A stretch of DNA of 40,098 nucleotides from Octopus bimaculoides (lineage: Eukaryota), in assembly GCF_001194135.2 (NCBI RefSeq), contig NC_068994.1:58637395-58677492 (forward strand), read 5' to 3'. Below the pieces are notes generated by a model, which searched no databases, was not told the DNA's origin, and worked only from the letters and a program-made list of their open reading frames with translations. The stretch's first letter is position 1, and each line of letters begins with the position of its first letter. Both the position numbers and the translations under genes were made by a program. Positions 10,733 to 22,101 of the stretch are shown piece by piece.

Positions 10733-10740
10733 AGTGTGTA
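10590..10740. repeat. Compound (TA)n(CA)n(TA)n(TG)n microsatellite
   Basis: Directly visible and quasi-palindromic. Confidence 0.95.
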
Positions 10741-11537
10741 TATGATGTGCCCTGCATTTGCATTATTGCATATGTGCGCGATTTCTGCTTGTGTGCAAGT
10801 GTGTTGCTTTTATTGATGTGTGTATACACGTATGAAGTGCTCCACTTGTATAACATTGTGCGCATATATAACGTGCTCTGCATGTGTACCGTTGTGCGTG
10901 TGTATGATGGCGTCTGCGTGTACAACAATGCATATATGCATGCGTAGCATTTTGAAATTAAATTGCTTTGTTTTCTTCATCCATTGTAAGTCAGTTATCT
11001 GATATTCCCACCTCATTACAGAAGTTTTTTTTCTTTTCATAGTTAATGAGTAAATATTTAAGTATGTTAGAGAATAAATTAATTAAAATATAAATAAAGT
11101 ACTTATTATAATGTAACCCAAGGACAAAAGCAGTTTGGCTCTTGGAATCCTTACACTAGTCTCTAACTACAGCAAACTCAACATCTCATTTCCTATACAC
11201 ACTTCCGCCTTCCTTTATTTTATGATCTCCAGAGGCCATGTATTTCCGGTTGTCTAGAAGTCTTTTCTGAAACAAATTTTCCTGATATGCTAATTGATTA
11301 ATGAGGAAAGAAATTATCAAGCATTTTCTAAATATATACCTTATGGTGGCAGATTGAATGAGCTTATGCAATAGCAAGTGGATGGTTTGATGTCCATGTC
11401 GTTCCAAAAACACTAACCTCACTAAAAGTCATTCCCAGTAAGAATGGATGTAAGATATCATTATCCTTTAACAAATCACAGTAAATAAAATCAGGCCTCG
11501 GTTGTTGTTGCTGTTTGTTATAGCTGCAATTTATACA

Positions 11538-11628
11538 GACATAGTTACGTAGTTAAGAACTTAATTTCGTAACTACATCGTTTAGGCTTCGCTCCTACAG
11601 TACGAAATCTCGAACAGTTACCTCCTAC
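11538..11628 (+). mobile_element. Possible old tRNA-derived SINE head
   Basis: gacatagttacgtagttaagaacttaatttcgtaactacatcgttttaggcttcgctcc has a tRNA-like layout, but the boxes are decayed. Confidence 0.35.
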
Positions 11629-12020
11629 AATTGCTTTTGGTTAACCAAATCCATGTGATTGAAATTCAGTACAGAGAAGTTGTATGGAAACTTGGAGGGG
11701 CCGTTCCTGTTCATGGAGCATAGATTTCGTTCATCACCCAATTTGACACTACCACCTGGTACCTTAGATGATTTTAGCCGATCCTGTTCTGTTCTAAGCA
11801 TTTCAGTGAGATGTCTGGTTTGTGGATAACTTCTTCCCCTCTGTCTTGCAGGTCCCATAAATTGTCATGCGAGTACTGCTTTTCCTCTTCACCAGAAAAT
11901 TTTAAAAATAAATAAACTTTCTAGCTTCTTATGAAATTGTCTTTGTGCTCAGTAAAGGAATGCATTGCTGCTTTGTATTGTTAGTGGTTTTAAAAGAACT
12001 TCGAAAAATTTAATCCCAAG

Positions 12021-12062
12021 CGTTTTGCCCGACGTGCTAACGATTCTACCAGCTCGCTGTCC
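12021..12062 (-). mobile_element. SINE family A, head fragment
   Basis: cgttttgcccgacgtgctaacgattctaccagctcgc matches the 5' end of family A. Confidence 0.7.
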
Positions 12063-14008
12063 AAACACTAATCTTATTTTCTAATGACCCTTATCTGCTA
12101 ATTTCATAAAGTTAGAGGTTATCAGAACATATTTTCACTTCATAGGGATATAATATAAATCCTAGAGAAAGTACGTTATCACAGCTAGACAATATCACAA
12201 GAATACATTTGAGCTGATGATTTTGAGTCACAATATCATAGAAGGTTGATAACAGAACTGGTTGAGTGCACTTTGGTAGGAATATCCAACATTCATTATA
12301 TATCGTAGTGGATTGAACAACACTGTGATATCCCGTCAGAATGAATTCACGCAGCACGAGATTATAGGAAGCGAATACCACAGCTAGGGTGTTATAAAGA
12401 GAAATTGAAAACGGAAACGCTTGTCACTGTTTTCAAATATCAATTTTTAAATATCTTTTGGGAAATTTGGAACAATTTTCTTAAAAGTTTAACTTTGACA
12501 GCGAGAATGTATACATATTGTTCATAATGTACATTGTCATTCTTTTAGTAATTTTTATAAGAAATTAATACTTTTTAATAAGTTATTTTTTCGTTAAAAT
12601 GAGGTCATGACTTTGAGAAAATACACGCGACTCGTGCTTTTATTAAAAACTTTAATCCGTCTTTCAGGCAGTAAAGCAAGCAGTCGCTTACACCAAATAA
12701 ATAAACTAATTTGTGTAGGTGATGTTTTTTCATTTAAAAATAGTTCCTTTTTTTTTTTTTATCTCATTAAAAGAAAAAGAAGAATAATAAACAAAGCTTC
12801 TTGACCTAAAAAATAGGAAGAAAAAAATTTTAAATGTCTGAAAACTTTAGCTCAAAAGTTATTGGTATCCTTAGCTTTTTTTTTATTCAATTCAATTTTG
12901 GCACATTTTTTTTTTTACTCTTATCTCTTCTGTCGTTATTTCTTTTATTTCTTTCAACGCATCTTTTAACCCTCTTTTTTTCTTTACATCAGAGTTTTAT
13001 TAATTTCTTTGAAATCAGGAATTGTTAAGTGTTCCCTTTTCCCGTTTTTCTTTTCTTTTTTTAATTTCTCCCTTGATATTTCATACTGTGGTAGTGGGAT
13101 AAATAAAATAATAGTAAAAAATAACACCAACAATAGTGCGAAATCTAGAATTAAAATCAGTGAATGATACTTTCACGAGTCTTTCTTACCGACAACCTTT
13201 AGTTATGTAAATACATAGAAAAACCATTAAAAAATATTTTTTTTATCCTCAAAATGAACTTAAAGGTTGCTACTATGCATTTTTCAAGATGGACGCCATG
13301 GCATTTTGCTGTCCCCCCCCTTCCTTGGTATTCTTTCGTTTTAAATCTTTATCATTATTCTTATCGTTGTTGTAGTTGTTGTTCTTCTTATTGCTATTAG
13401 TATTTTATGAGACACACATACAAACACATCCACTTATACTTTACATACATACATACGTACATACATATATACATGTATGCATATACACACTTATATACAC
13501 ACGCATTTATTGTTTCTTTTCATTATAATTTTTTCTCTTCTTTTCTCCTTGTTATTGTAGTAGTAATTGTTGTTGTTTTATTTTTATCTTGCTGTTAATA
13601 AAAGGTTGCTAGTGGAATTTGATATTTTTACCCGTATTTCCACTTGTCATGATTAACAAGCTATTCAATGCCTGAACTTAAAATGACCCATATTTTGAAT
13701 CTCCGGCTGGTTTAAGTTAATAGATCCTTTGGGTGTTCTAAGAGACCAACAAATCCCACCCCTCTTCCCACTGGTCCTCTGGAATAATTGGGTTAAATTT
13801 CTTATTTTTTTATTCCACTATGTAGTCTATATATTTTTGTGTTTTATTTTGTCTTTATGTTCTTTTCTTCTTTCTTTATCCAAATATATACATTCGTACG
13901 TACATACGTACGTACATACTTATTCTACTTCTTTCTCTCAAAACCAAAGAAATTCACACGCGCACGCAAATACATACACATACATGCTACAACAAAGCTC
14001 TCATAGGC

Positions 14009-14042
<34 letters not shown>

Positions 14043-15000
14043 GCACACGCAGAGACCCCATACGCATAAGTCACAGTGGTGCCTGCAAACGTCTATTTAC
14101 CTATCTTTCAAGCTATCTGTTTTCTTTTACACTCCCCCACCTACCCTATTATCATCATCATCATTTTTTCCTCACATAGAATCTTTTATCTCATTTTCTT
14201 TCTCTCCCCTTCACTATTTCATATTTTCCCCTACAATGCCATACATACATACATACACACTCACATGAACACACGTATATACATACATATATGCATACAT
14301 GTACTCACACATGTATTCACACAGTCAGGTGTATATTCTACTAGGTATGTTTGTGCGTGTGTGTGTGTGTGAGTGTGTGAGTGTGTGAGTGTGTTTGTGT
14401 TAGTAAGCATGATTATGCTTATATATATGCATGTATGTAATTGAGGTAATGGGAAGGGGAAAAGGGGACGAAGGGTATAAAGGTAGATAAATTTATATCC
14501 TATCTAGGTCAGTAAAGACGAATAAGCGATTAAAAATATGTTGGTGTTTATTTTAGTTTACTTTTTTTTTGTTTCGTATTTAGCTTTTCAAAAGTATCTG
14601 AGGCAGGGGAGTTATGAAGAGTCGAACAGCATTTAAAGCCAAAAATATTTATAGACAAGTCAACTTTGACGTTTTAATAGTTCAGCAAAATTGGTAAAAT
14701 ACGTTTTTTTTTCCCCCAAATATTTACGAACGCATCATTAAGATAGTATAATAATAAATTTTGTTCTATTTTGCTGCTGTTTTTTATTTTTTTTACCTAT
14801 CATGTCATCCCTAAAGGTCTGAGCGCATAAAGCGATAGTAGTAAGGTAGGTAATCTGTTTCCGATGAGGAACAATTCTGGTTCGATTCACCGTGAAGATT
14901 ATCATATGTATTAGTCCCTTGATGAAAAGATTTCAATATAACCTCTCCTGAATTTCTATACACGGAATGTCGCAGATATACTACATGACGTACCCTTGCC

Positions 15001-15740
15001 GCACTATATGCATTCACGCACTATATGTATTCACGCACTATATGAGGTACACAACAAAATTTGTTCTGGATAGAACACTATATGCTACGTCCAGTGGCGG
15101 ACTGGGTCTAAAAGTATTTGTTGCCAGGAGACTAAGGGGGCCCACCAGCAACTACAATACAATAATGTTTTTTTTTTTTTTTTTAGTATTCTTTTCAACT
15201 ATCTACAAACACAGCCAGGCTGAAATAATTAATGCATTCTTCCAGGAGTGAAAAAAAATTTCTCAAACTTGAGTGGATAGGCCCCTTATATAACTATCAT
15301 GGGCCCCCATATATGGACTCTAATGGCGCAGGGACCCACTTGCCATCGGGCAAGATGGCAATCTGGCCAGTCCGCCACTGGCTACGTCTTAGACGCAACA
15401 TGACTTGTCCTAGACACAACGCTGTGTGAGATATGACATATCCCATATCCTATAATGTGACATAGCCCAAACAACATTACATGACTCACTGTAGGAACGC
15501 TATATCCCTTATCCTAGACACATTACTTGGCTTTACCTAGACACTATATGACATCTCCAAGGTATCTAATCACACGGCTTAAGTCCCCCTAGACATATAA
15601 TATGAAATTAGTCATACTACATAGTTTCTCATATACATAATATATGGTATATAGACACAATACATTATTTCTACCATATGACACGTCTTAGATACAGACA
15701 CTCTAAATGACACCTCCGATTACTTGTCCTTGACACTTAG
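15001..15740. repeat. Degenerate ~17-21-bp minisatellite (ctagacactatatgacatgtc-like)
   Basis: A near-perfect 17-mer gcactatatg(c/t)attcac x2.6 at 15001-15044, followed by recurrent tagacac / ctatatgac / gtcctag motifs up to ~15740. Confidence 0.65.
15092..15380. mobile_element. hAT-superfamily MITE (289 bp)
   Basis: Perfect 14-bp TIRs cagtggcggactgg / ccagtccgccactg and a perfect 8-bp TSD gctacgtc (15084-15091, 15381-15388). Confidence 0.92.
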
Positions 15741-15744
15741 CGTA

Positions 15745-17510
15745 ATTTAAGGGAACGAAAACTTGAGTACCAATTTGAACAGCTAAAAAATGATATTGGA
15801 CGGATACATGTATTCACAATAAGAAAGACAGTGTGGGAAAAACATAGGAACGAACTGCAAAGGAAGTACAACATAAGACACAAAGGACTGCAGGTTGTTA
15901 AAGGTGAACTAAGACTAAAAAAAAAAATCAAAGCAAAGCCAGATAAAAAAAAAACATACGAACAGAGAACAAATCAGTAGTAGCAAAATAGACTCTTCAA
16001 GAACAACAAAAGAAACTTCTATAAACAATTGAACAATGAAGAGGAGAATCAAGGGAATTATATGTCAGATACTGAAGCAATAAGAAAATTATGGGCAGAA
16101 ATTTGTAGCAAAGACGTCCAACATAATATAAGAGCAGAGTGGTTGCGGAAATTTAAAGAAGTAATGGACGATGGATTGACACAAGAAAATATAAGAAAGT
16201 AAAAGAGATGATCAAAAAATACCAGGCTAGAAAGCCCTGGACCAGTATTCAGGGATTCTAGCTCAAAAACCTACCAAGAATACACAATTATCACAATTAT
16301 ATACGACCGTTTTTTACTAACTGCATAGAAAATGGAACGCCGGTATGTATGTCACTAAGAAGGACAGTGCTGATTGAGGATAACGAAACGCGAGGGGAAG
16401 TTAGCAATTATAGACCTATTAACTGGCCTCATAGCAGATGAAGTGTATAATTTTCTGTAGAAGGAAAACTTGTTAGAGAAGCAAAAGAATCTAGAAAAAC
16501 CAAGGGGTCTGCTGATCTATATAAAGATAGTCGGATATTAAATAAAGTGCGAATAAGAAAGAAGAATTTTGTTGTTGGTTGGATAGATTTCACACAGCTG
16601 GCTTTTGGAATGCTTGAGGGTGACGCTCGGAGTCAAGAAGATAAACAGCTTTTGAGGAAAATCAGTGAGAGTATGAGAAGATGGACGGGCGTGTGTAAAT
16701 TAATCACCGAGAAACATGAAAACACGCAGAGGTAATTTCCAGAGAGACTCGCTTTCTCCGCTACTTTTGGTCATTGCGTTAATCCCTCTGACAAATGTCT
16801 TGAGAAAATCCAGGCCCGCCAAAACCAATGTGAAAATATATCACCTATTTCATATGGATAACCTCAAGCTATATATACATAAAACATGGAAAGATTTTTT
16901 AATCCGACGAGTCAGAGCATTCAATAACGATATTGGAATGCAGTTTGGGGAAAATTTGTGCGTAGTCCATGTTATGAAGAAAAACTGGAAGATAAACTCT
17001 GATGGCATACGATTACCTCAAGACAACATCATTAAATCGTTGTGAAATAATGAGAGATACAGATACCTGGAGTGTTGCAAGTCGATGGGATAATGGAAGG
17101 AGAAATGAAAGAGAGAATTTCTAAGGAAAACAAAAGGAGAATTTTGTGCTCGAAACAAAATTAAATGGAGACAATATCATTAAAATAATAAATACATGGG
17201 TTATGCTAGTATTAAGATACTCAATTCCCTTTCTGAAATGGACTAGGAGCGAGTTCCAAAACTTACCTTGGACTACAAACCTGCTTATAATGCACAACGT
17301 GCATTACCCTAAAAGTAATACCGACAGACTCTACCTACCAAGAAGTGAATGAGGCAGAGGATTACTAAACGCAGAAGACACAGTTAGGTACCAGGATATT
17401 GGAAAATTGCTAAGCAGAGTAAAGAAAGAATATTATCGGCAGCTCGTGATGCACAAAAACTGTTACAGAAGAATTCGAAGAAAGAGGAAACACAATAGAA
17501 CAAGAAAATA
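15745..17510 (+). pseudogene. R4/Dong-clade LINE reverse transcriptase, decayed and truncated at both ends
   Basis: Fragments across frames include QNRLFKNNKRNFYKQL, AEWLRKFKE, SNYRPI, VGWIDF, NFQRDSLSPLLLVIALIPLT (RT motif B'), HLFHMDNLKLY (decayed YMDDLKLY), ETKLNGDNIIKIINTW and HYPKSNTDRLYLPRSE*GRGLL. There are many stops and frameshifts. Confidence 0.92.
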
Positions 17511-17848
17511 TATCATTATGGCTGTAAGTGAAATAACATAGCAAAATAGCTATGCATCTTATTTTTTTTAAATTTGCAATGGAATTGAAACTAATCATGT
17601 AAATAAAAAACATGTAAATTCTCTATATCGTTTTGTGTATATTAACTGTATATACAGTAACGTAATTAGGATAAAATATTGCGTAATAAGGAATAATATG
17701 TGTATTAATTATTGTATAGTTTGTTATTGTATATTTCTCTATCATTTATTGCACAAGCAACAATAAGATTTATATCCAATAAAAATGCAAATCATCCTTT
17801 CTTTCTTAAATGACTCCTTTTCATTTTTTCGTTGCATTGAATTTCTCG

Positions 17849-17904
17849 CTACTACTACCAACACCACTACTACTACTACTACTACCACCACCACCACCAC
17901 CACC

Positions 17905-17989
<85 letters not shown>
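17849..17989. repeat. Compound (ACT)n(ACC)n(ACT)n(AAT)n microsatellite
   Basis: Directly visible. Confidence 0.97.
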
Positions 17990-18549
17990 GGACTGGATGT
18001 TGCTTGAGGACTGGATGTTGCTTGATGACAGGATGCTACTTCGAGGACTAGAGGTTGCGGAGGATTGGATACTACGGCTTGTGTCCAAACCCGAAAGCAG
18101 CAAAAAATCACATTCTATTGTCGAAGAAGCTTGGAAATTCGCAAGGGAACTCGGCATTAACCCTGAATTGAATGAAGAACCCGAAACCACTGCCACCAAA
18201 CAAGCAAAATGGATCAAACATACTTAAAAAAAGAACGGGTAGAAACAAATTGGGGAGCGGTGGAGCTAGAAGCCTCTGCATGGACAGTTTCTACGCCGAA
18301 GCCGAAATGTTGATGTAGACCAAGCAACAACCCATCAGTGGCTGAGAAGCTCAGGACTGAAAGCAGAGATTGAAGGTGTCATATTAGCGACACAAGACCA
18401 AAGCTTGCTTACCAAAAACTACCAGACTTAACGTTCTTCAAACGGGTTCTGACCCTAATTACAGATTCTGCGAGACATTTCACGAAACAATAGACCATCT
18501 CGTCTCGGGATGTCCTGTGCTGACACCAGACGAATACAAAAGTCACCAT
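17989..18549 (+). mobile_element. Second R4/Dong LINE fragment (post-RT region and zinc knuckle)
   Basis: DWILRLVSKPESSKKSHSIV..KPLHGQFLRR..DQATTHQWLRSSGLKAEIEGVILATQDQSLLTKNYQ..DPNYRFCETFHETIDHLVSGCPVL..EYKSHH. It ends abruptly at the GAA tract. Confidence 0.9.
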
Positions 18550-18581
<32 letters not shown>

Positions 18582-18732
18582 AGAAGAAGAAGAAGAAGAA
18601 GAAGAAGAAGAAGAAGAAGAAGAAGAAGAAGAAGAAGAAGAAGAAGAAGAAGAAGAAGAAGAAGAAGAAGAAGAAGAAGAAGAAGAAGAAGAAGAAGAAG
18701 AAGAAGAAGAAGAAGAAGAAGAAGAAGAAGAA
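18550..18732. repeat. (GAA)61 with one GAG interruption
   Basis: 183 bp, directly visible. Confidence 0.98.
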
Positions 18733-18814
18733 CAATGTATGCTGCAAGGGCTCATATGGCTGTAAAAATCAATAAAGCCATAACTATTGTTATTCCATAG
18801 TGTTGGCAGAGCTT

Positions 18815-19139
18815 CCAGCGTATAAAATTTGAAATAAGGAAGAATTTGGTGCACGAGAACAGTGAAGATCGTGGCTATAATAATTGGTGCGTTGGGAACA
18901 GTGAGCCAAGCTATAGATAAATGGCTAAAGGAGATTGAAATAGAATGCTCGGTTGAGCTACTACAGAAAGTTTGCCTCTTGGGGAGAGCAAGGGCTATCA
19001 GGAAGATTCTAAGCACTTGAAAAACTTCCGAAAACGTGTGGATACCTAAGGTTACGGATAGTAACCCGTTATCCACATAAATCCTAACAGAAATAAGACC
19101 AAACCTGAGCTTTGTTTCAATAACAATAATAATAATAAT
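18815..19139 (+). mobile_element. R4/Dong LINE 3' end with 3' UTR and (AAT)n tail
   Basis: RIWCTRTVKIVAIIIGALGTVSQAIDKWLKEIEIECSVELLQKVCLLGRARAIRKILST* (stop at 19018-19020), a UTR stem-loop and an aataataat tail. Confidence 0.88.
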
Positions 19140-19352
19140 CCTTTCTACTAAAGCCACAAGACCTAGAATTTTGTGGGAGAGGACCAGTTGATTAAATCGA
19201 CCCCAGTGTTGTATTGGTACTTAATTTATCGACCCCGAAAGGATGAAAGGCAAAGTCGACCTCGACGGAATTTGAACTCAGAAATTAGCGACGGGCGAAA
19301 TTCCCGCTATGCATCGCTATGCATTTCGTCCAGCGTGCTAACGATTCTGCCA
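19140..19352 (-). mobile_element. SINE family A copy (1 of 3 in tandem)
   Basis: All conserved family-A blocks are present. Confidence 0.88.
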
Positions 19353-19367
19353 CATCATCGCTTTATA

Positions 19368-19513
19368 ATACATCGACTCCATTGCGTAACTGGTACTTAA
19401 TTTATCGACCCTGAAAGGATGAAATGCAAAGTCGACCCCGGTGGCATTTGAACTAAGAACGTGAAGACAGGCGAAAATACCGCTAAGTATTTCGCCCGGC
19501 CTGCTAACGATTC
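19368..19513 (-). mobile_element. SINE family A copy (2 of 3, lacking 3' tip)
   Basis: ctggtacttaatttatcgaccctgaaaggatgaa..gctaacgattc. Confidence 0.85.
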
Positions 19514-19702
19514 TTTTCTACTATAGGCACAAGGCTTGAAGTTTGGGGAGAGGGGGCTAGTTGATTAGATCGAACCCAGTACGCAACTGGTACTTAATTT
19601 ATCGACCCTGAAAGGATGAAAGGCAAAGTCGACATCGGCGGAATTTGAGCTCAGAAGACAAAGACAGACAAAATACCGTTAACGATTCTGCCAGCTCGCT
19701 GC
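19511..19702 (-). mobile_element. SINE family A copy (3 of 3)
   Basis: ttttctactataggcacaagg..gtcgacatcggcggaatttgagctcag..aacgattctgccagctcgc. Confidence 0.88.
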
Positions 19703-19875
19703 TTTCTCATTTTATATTTTGCTTTATTTATGAATCTTTCCATCTACATATCTTGAAATATATGAATAAAAGCCTATGATATCGCTGTTCTTTAAAATTC
19801 AGTAGGAAATTTGATACTTCAGTAACGGCAGTAATACACGAGAATAGAAGCTAAGCGGTGTGTGGTGATTCAAAT

Positions 19876-20207
19876 NNNNNNNNNNNNNNNNNNNNNNNNN
19901 NNNNNNNNNNNNNNNNNNNNNNNNNNNNNNNNNNNNNNNNNNNNNNNNNNNNNNNNNNNNNNNNNNNNNNNNNNNNNNNNNNNNNNNNNNNNNNNNNNNN
20001 NNNNNNNNNNNNNNNNNNNNNNNNNNNNNNNNNNNNNNNNNNNNNNNNNNNNNNNNNNNNNNNNNNNNNNNNNNNNNNNNNNNNNNNNNNNNNNNNNNNN
20101 NNNNNNNNNNNNNNNNNNNNNNNNNNNNNNNNNNNNNNNNNNNNNNNNNNNNNNNNNNNNNNNNNNNNNNNNNNNNNNNNNNNNNNNNNNNNNNNNNNNN
20201 NNNNNNG
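19876..20207. other. Assembly gap (further gaps: 22102-22658, 25223-25449, 29924-30070, 35010-35186, 35942-36086)
   Basis: N-runs, mostly bounded by microsatellites. Confidence 0.99.
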
Positions 20208-20310
20208 TGGTGGTGCTGTAGTCCTTGTGTTGATGGTCGTTGTGATCTTGGTGAATATTCTGGAAATTATGAACGTTATGTTCATTTTGATGATTTCGAA
20301 AATTTATGTT

Positions 20311-20368
<58 letters not shown>

Positions 20369-20973
20369 GATGTTAGTGCTGAACATAACCCAATTTTTCG
20401 AATAAATTCTGAGTAACATCATGACCTAGACTCATATTGCAGTCATGACTACAGTGTGTAATTAAATCATTTATCACGATGTAATCTATCTGTATGTTAA
20501 ACTACGGTTCAGTTGTTATTGTTGTTGTTTTGACCCAATTTTGATCGAACAGTTCTTTGATCAAAAGCATACCAGCTCTATCTATTTGTTTTTGGGTTTT
20601 TTTTTTCCTCTATGCAAGAAACTCAAGACGGCATAATCCAACGTGACGGTAAGCTGTGGGTTGAGTTATTTCAAGTGATCACAGGAAAGTTCTCTACTAG
20701 ATTAGTATAATTATATTAAATGTATATTTAATGACACCTTTGTGTTATATGTTGCTGTGTGTTGGTACAGGAAACTCATTCAGAGACATATATTAATAGT
20801 AGACTATGTGTTCCAGAATATATTTTGACTACGAACATATCGAAAGTATTGCATGACTGGCATAACTCTTATTACATGACATATATGGTTCAAATTGCAC
20901 ATATCGGTAGAGTACCTAACCCTCTATAGCATCTTCTTTTCCAGTTCTTTAAAGTAGACAAATAATTCGTTTT

Positions 20974-21541
20974 AAACAACATCAATGTGCCGTCACTGAG
21001 TTCTTGACAAAGGAGTGATGCAGGCTGTCCGACATCCACAGAATGCCACAAGTTGCTTACAAAAGTGATACCATTGACAAGATGAATGGCTACAACATTT
21101 CACAGATGATGTTTAAAGAGAAGGCAAAATTCGACAAACTAAACTGTGAGAGGACATTAACTGCCGACACTGACGCACATTACCAGCGAGTGGATGAACT
21201 GATCTGCGCGGACAGATGAGTCACAATACATAACAGAAAATGATGGAAAATTTTGGGTATCGAAAAGTGCGTGTAAAATAGGTACCTCGGTCGTCAACAA
21301 TTCATCTGAAAGAGAGATGGGTGGAAGTCTGCTCTGATCAACTGGGAGCGTTTAAAGACAATGAAGACACGATGCACCATGGCAATGCTTTGAATAATGG
21401 TTTGATGTCATAGACAAGGTGAAAGTGGTTGTGAAGAAATGCGTACAACAGTGCACACCAGAATTTTTTCAAAGAGGATTCAAGCGTTGGGTTCTGATGT
21501 ACCGAAAATACATTGTTTGTGATGAAGTCTACGATGAATAG
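20974..21541 (+). pseudogene. Internally deleted, decayed mariner transposase
   Basis: KQHQCAVTEFLTKE*, QRVDELICADR*VT, FGYRKVRVK*VPRS (WVPR motif) and C-terminal FFQRGFKRWVLMYRKYIVCDEVYDE*. These span only ~570 bp, so the catalytic DDD core is missing. Confidence 0.8.
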
Positions 21542-21713
21542 TACATTTGCACACAGAAATGTTACTCTACTAACATGCGCATTATGAGAAACCTATATCA
21601 GTTAATAAAAGTTATACCCACTTTTGCATAATTTCTATACAACCCACAATGTTAGTATAGGCTGGTCCTTATTTTACATAATTAATAGACAATGATAGAA
21701 TTCATTATCATTA

Positions 21714-21941
21714 CAGTTGTGGCCAAAGGTTTGAAACATAGGGCTGAAAATAAAAATTTCTATAATAAATGCCCAAAGTTATAGTTACTTTGCAACATAT
21801 TACTTGACCAACGGTTTGGAAGATAGGTCTGAATTTTAGAATTTTTATATTTAATGCCCAAAGGTAGATTTGAATCAAACTGTACTTGGGTATAACAATT
21901 TTAATTTTTTTTTTAATGTTCGAAACTTTTGGCCATGACTC
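21714..21941. mobile_element. Tc1-like MITE (228 bp) with TA target duplication
   Basis: ta|cagttgtggccaaaggtttgaaaca ... tgttcgaaacttttggccatgactc|ta, with ~19/25 TIR identity. Confidence 0.72.
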
Positions 21942-22055
21942 TATGTCCCTCTTTATAATGTTGTACAAGCATAATCCTTGATTTATTCATTCTTTTCTTG
22001 TTTAATGTATTTCAAGATGTTGCTTCCAGTGTGTTTTGTTCACCATTCATGTCAG

Positions 22056-22101
<46 letters not shown>

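Noticed and set aside
11625-11858. 77-aa minus-strand ORF (MGPARQRGRSYPQ...) as a host exon
   Set aside because: It has no recognisable domain or convincing acceptor site. It may be a decayed RTE tail, but the evidence is too weak to annotate.
12090-12420. Possible Tc1-type remnant (QLDN.., QNWLS..)
   Set aside because: The motifs are not in a consistent frame or spacing.
15745-17510. Active or domesticated reverse transcriptase
   Set aside because: The catalytic YMDD is changed to HMDN, with numerous stops and frameshifts.
17989-18077. CRISPR-like appearance of short repeats (also 747-813, 26902-26964)
   Set aside because: The units are directly adjacent with no unique spacers, there are no cas genes, and the context is eukaryotic.
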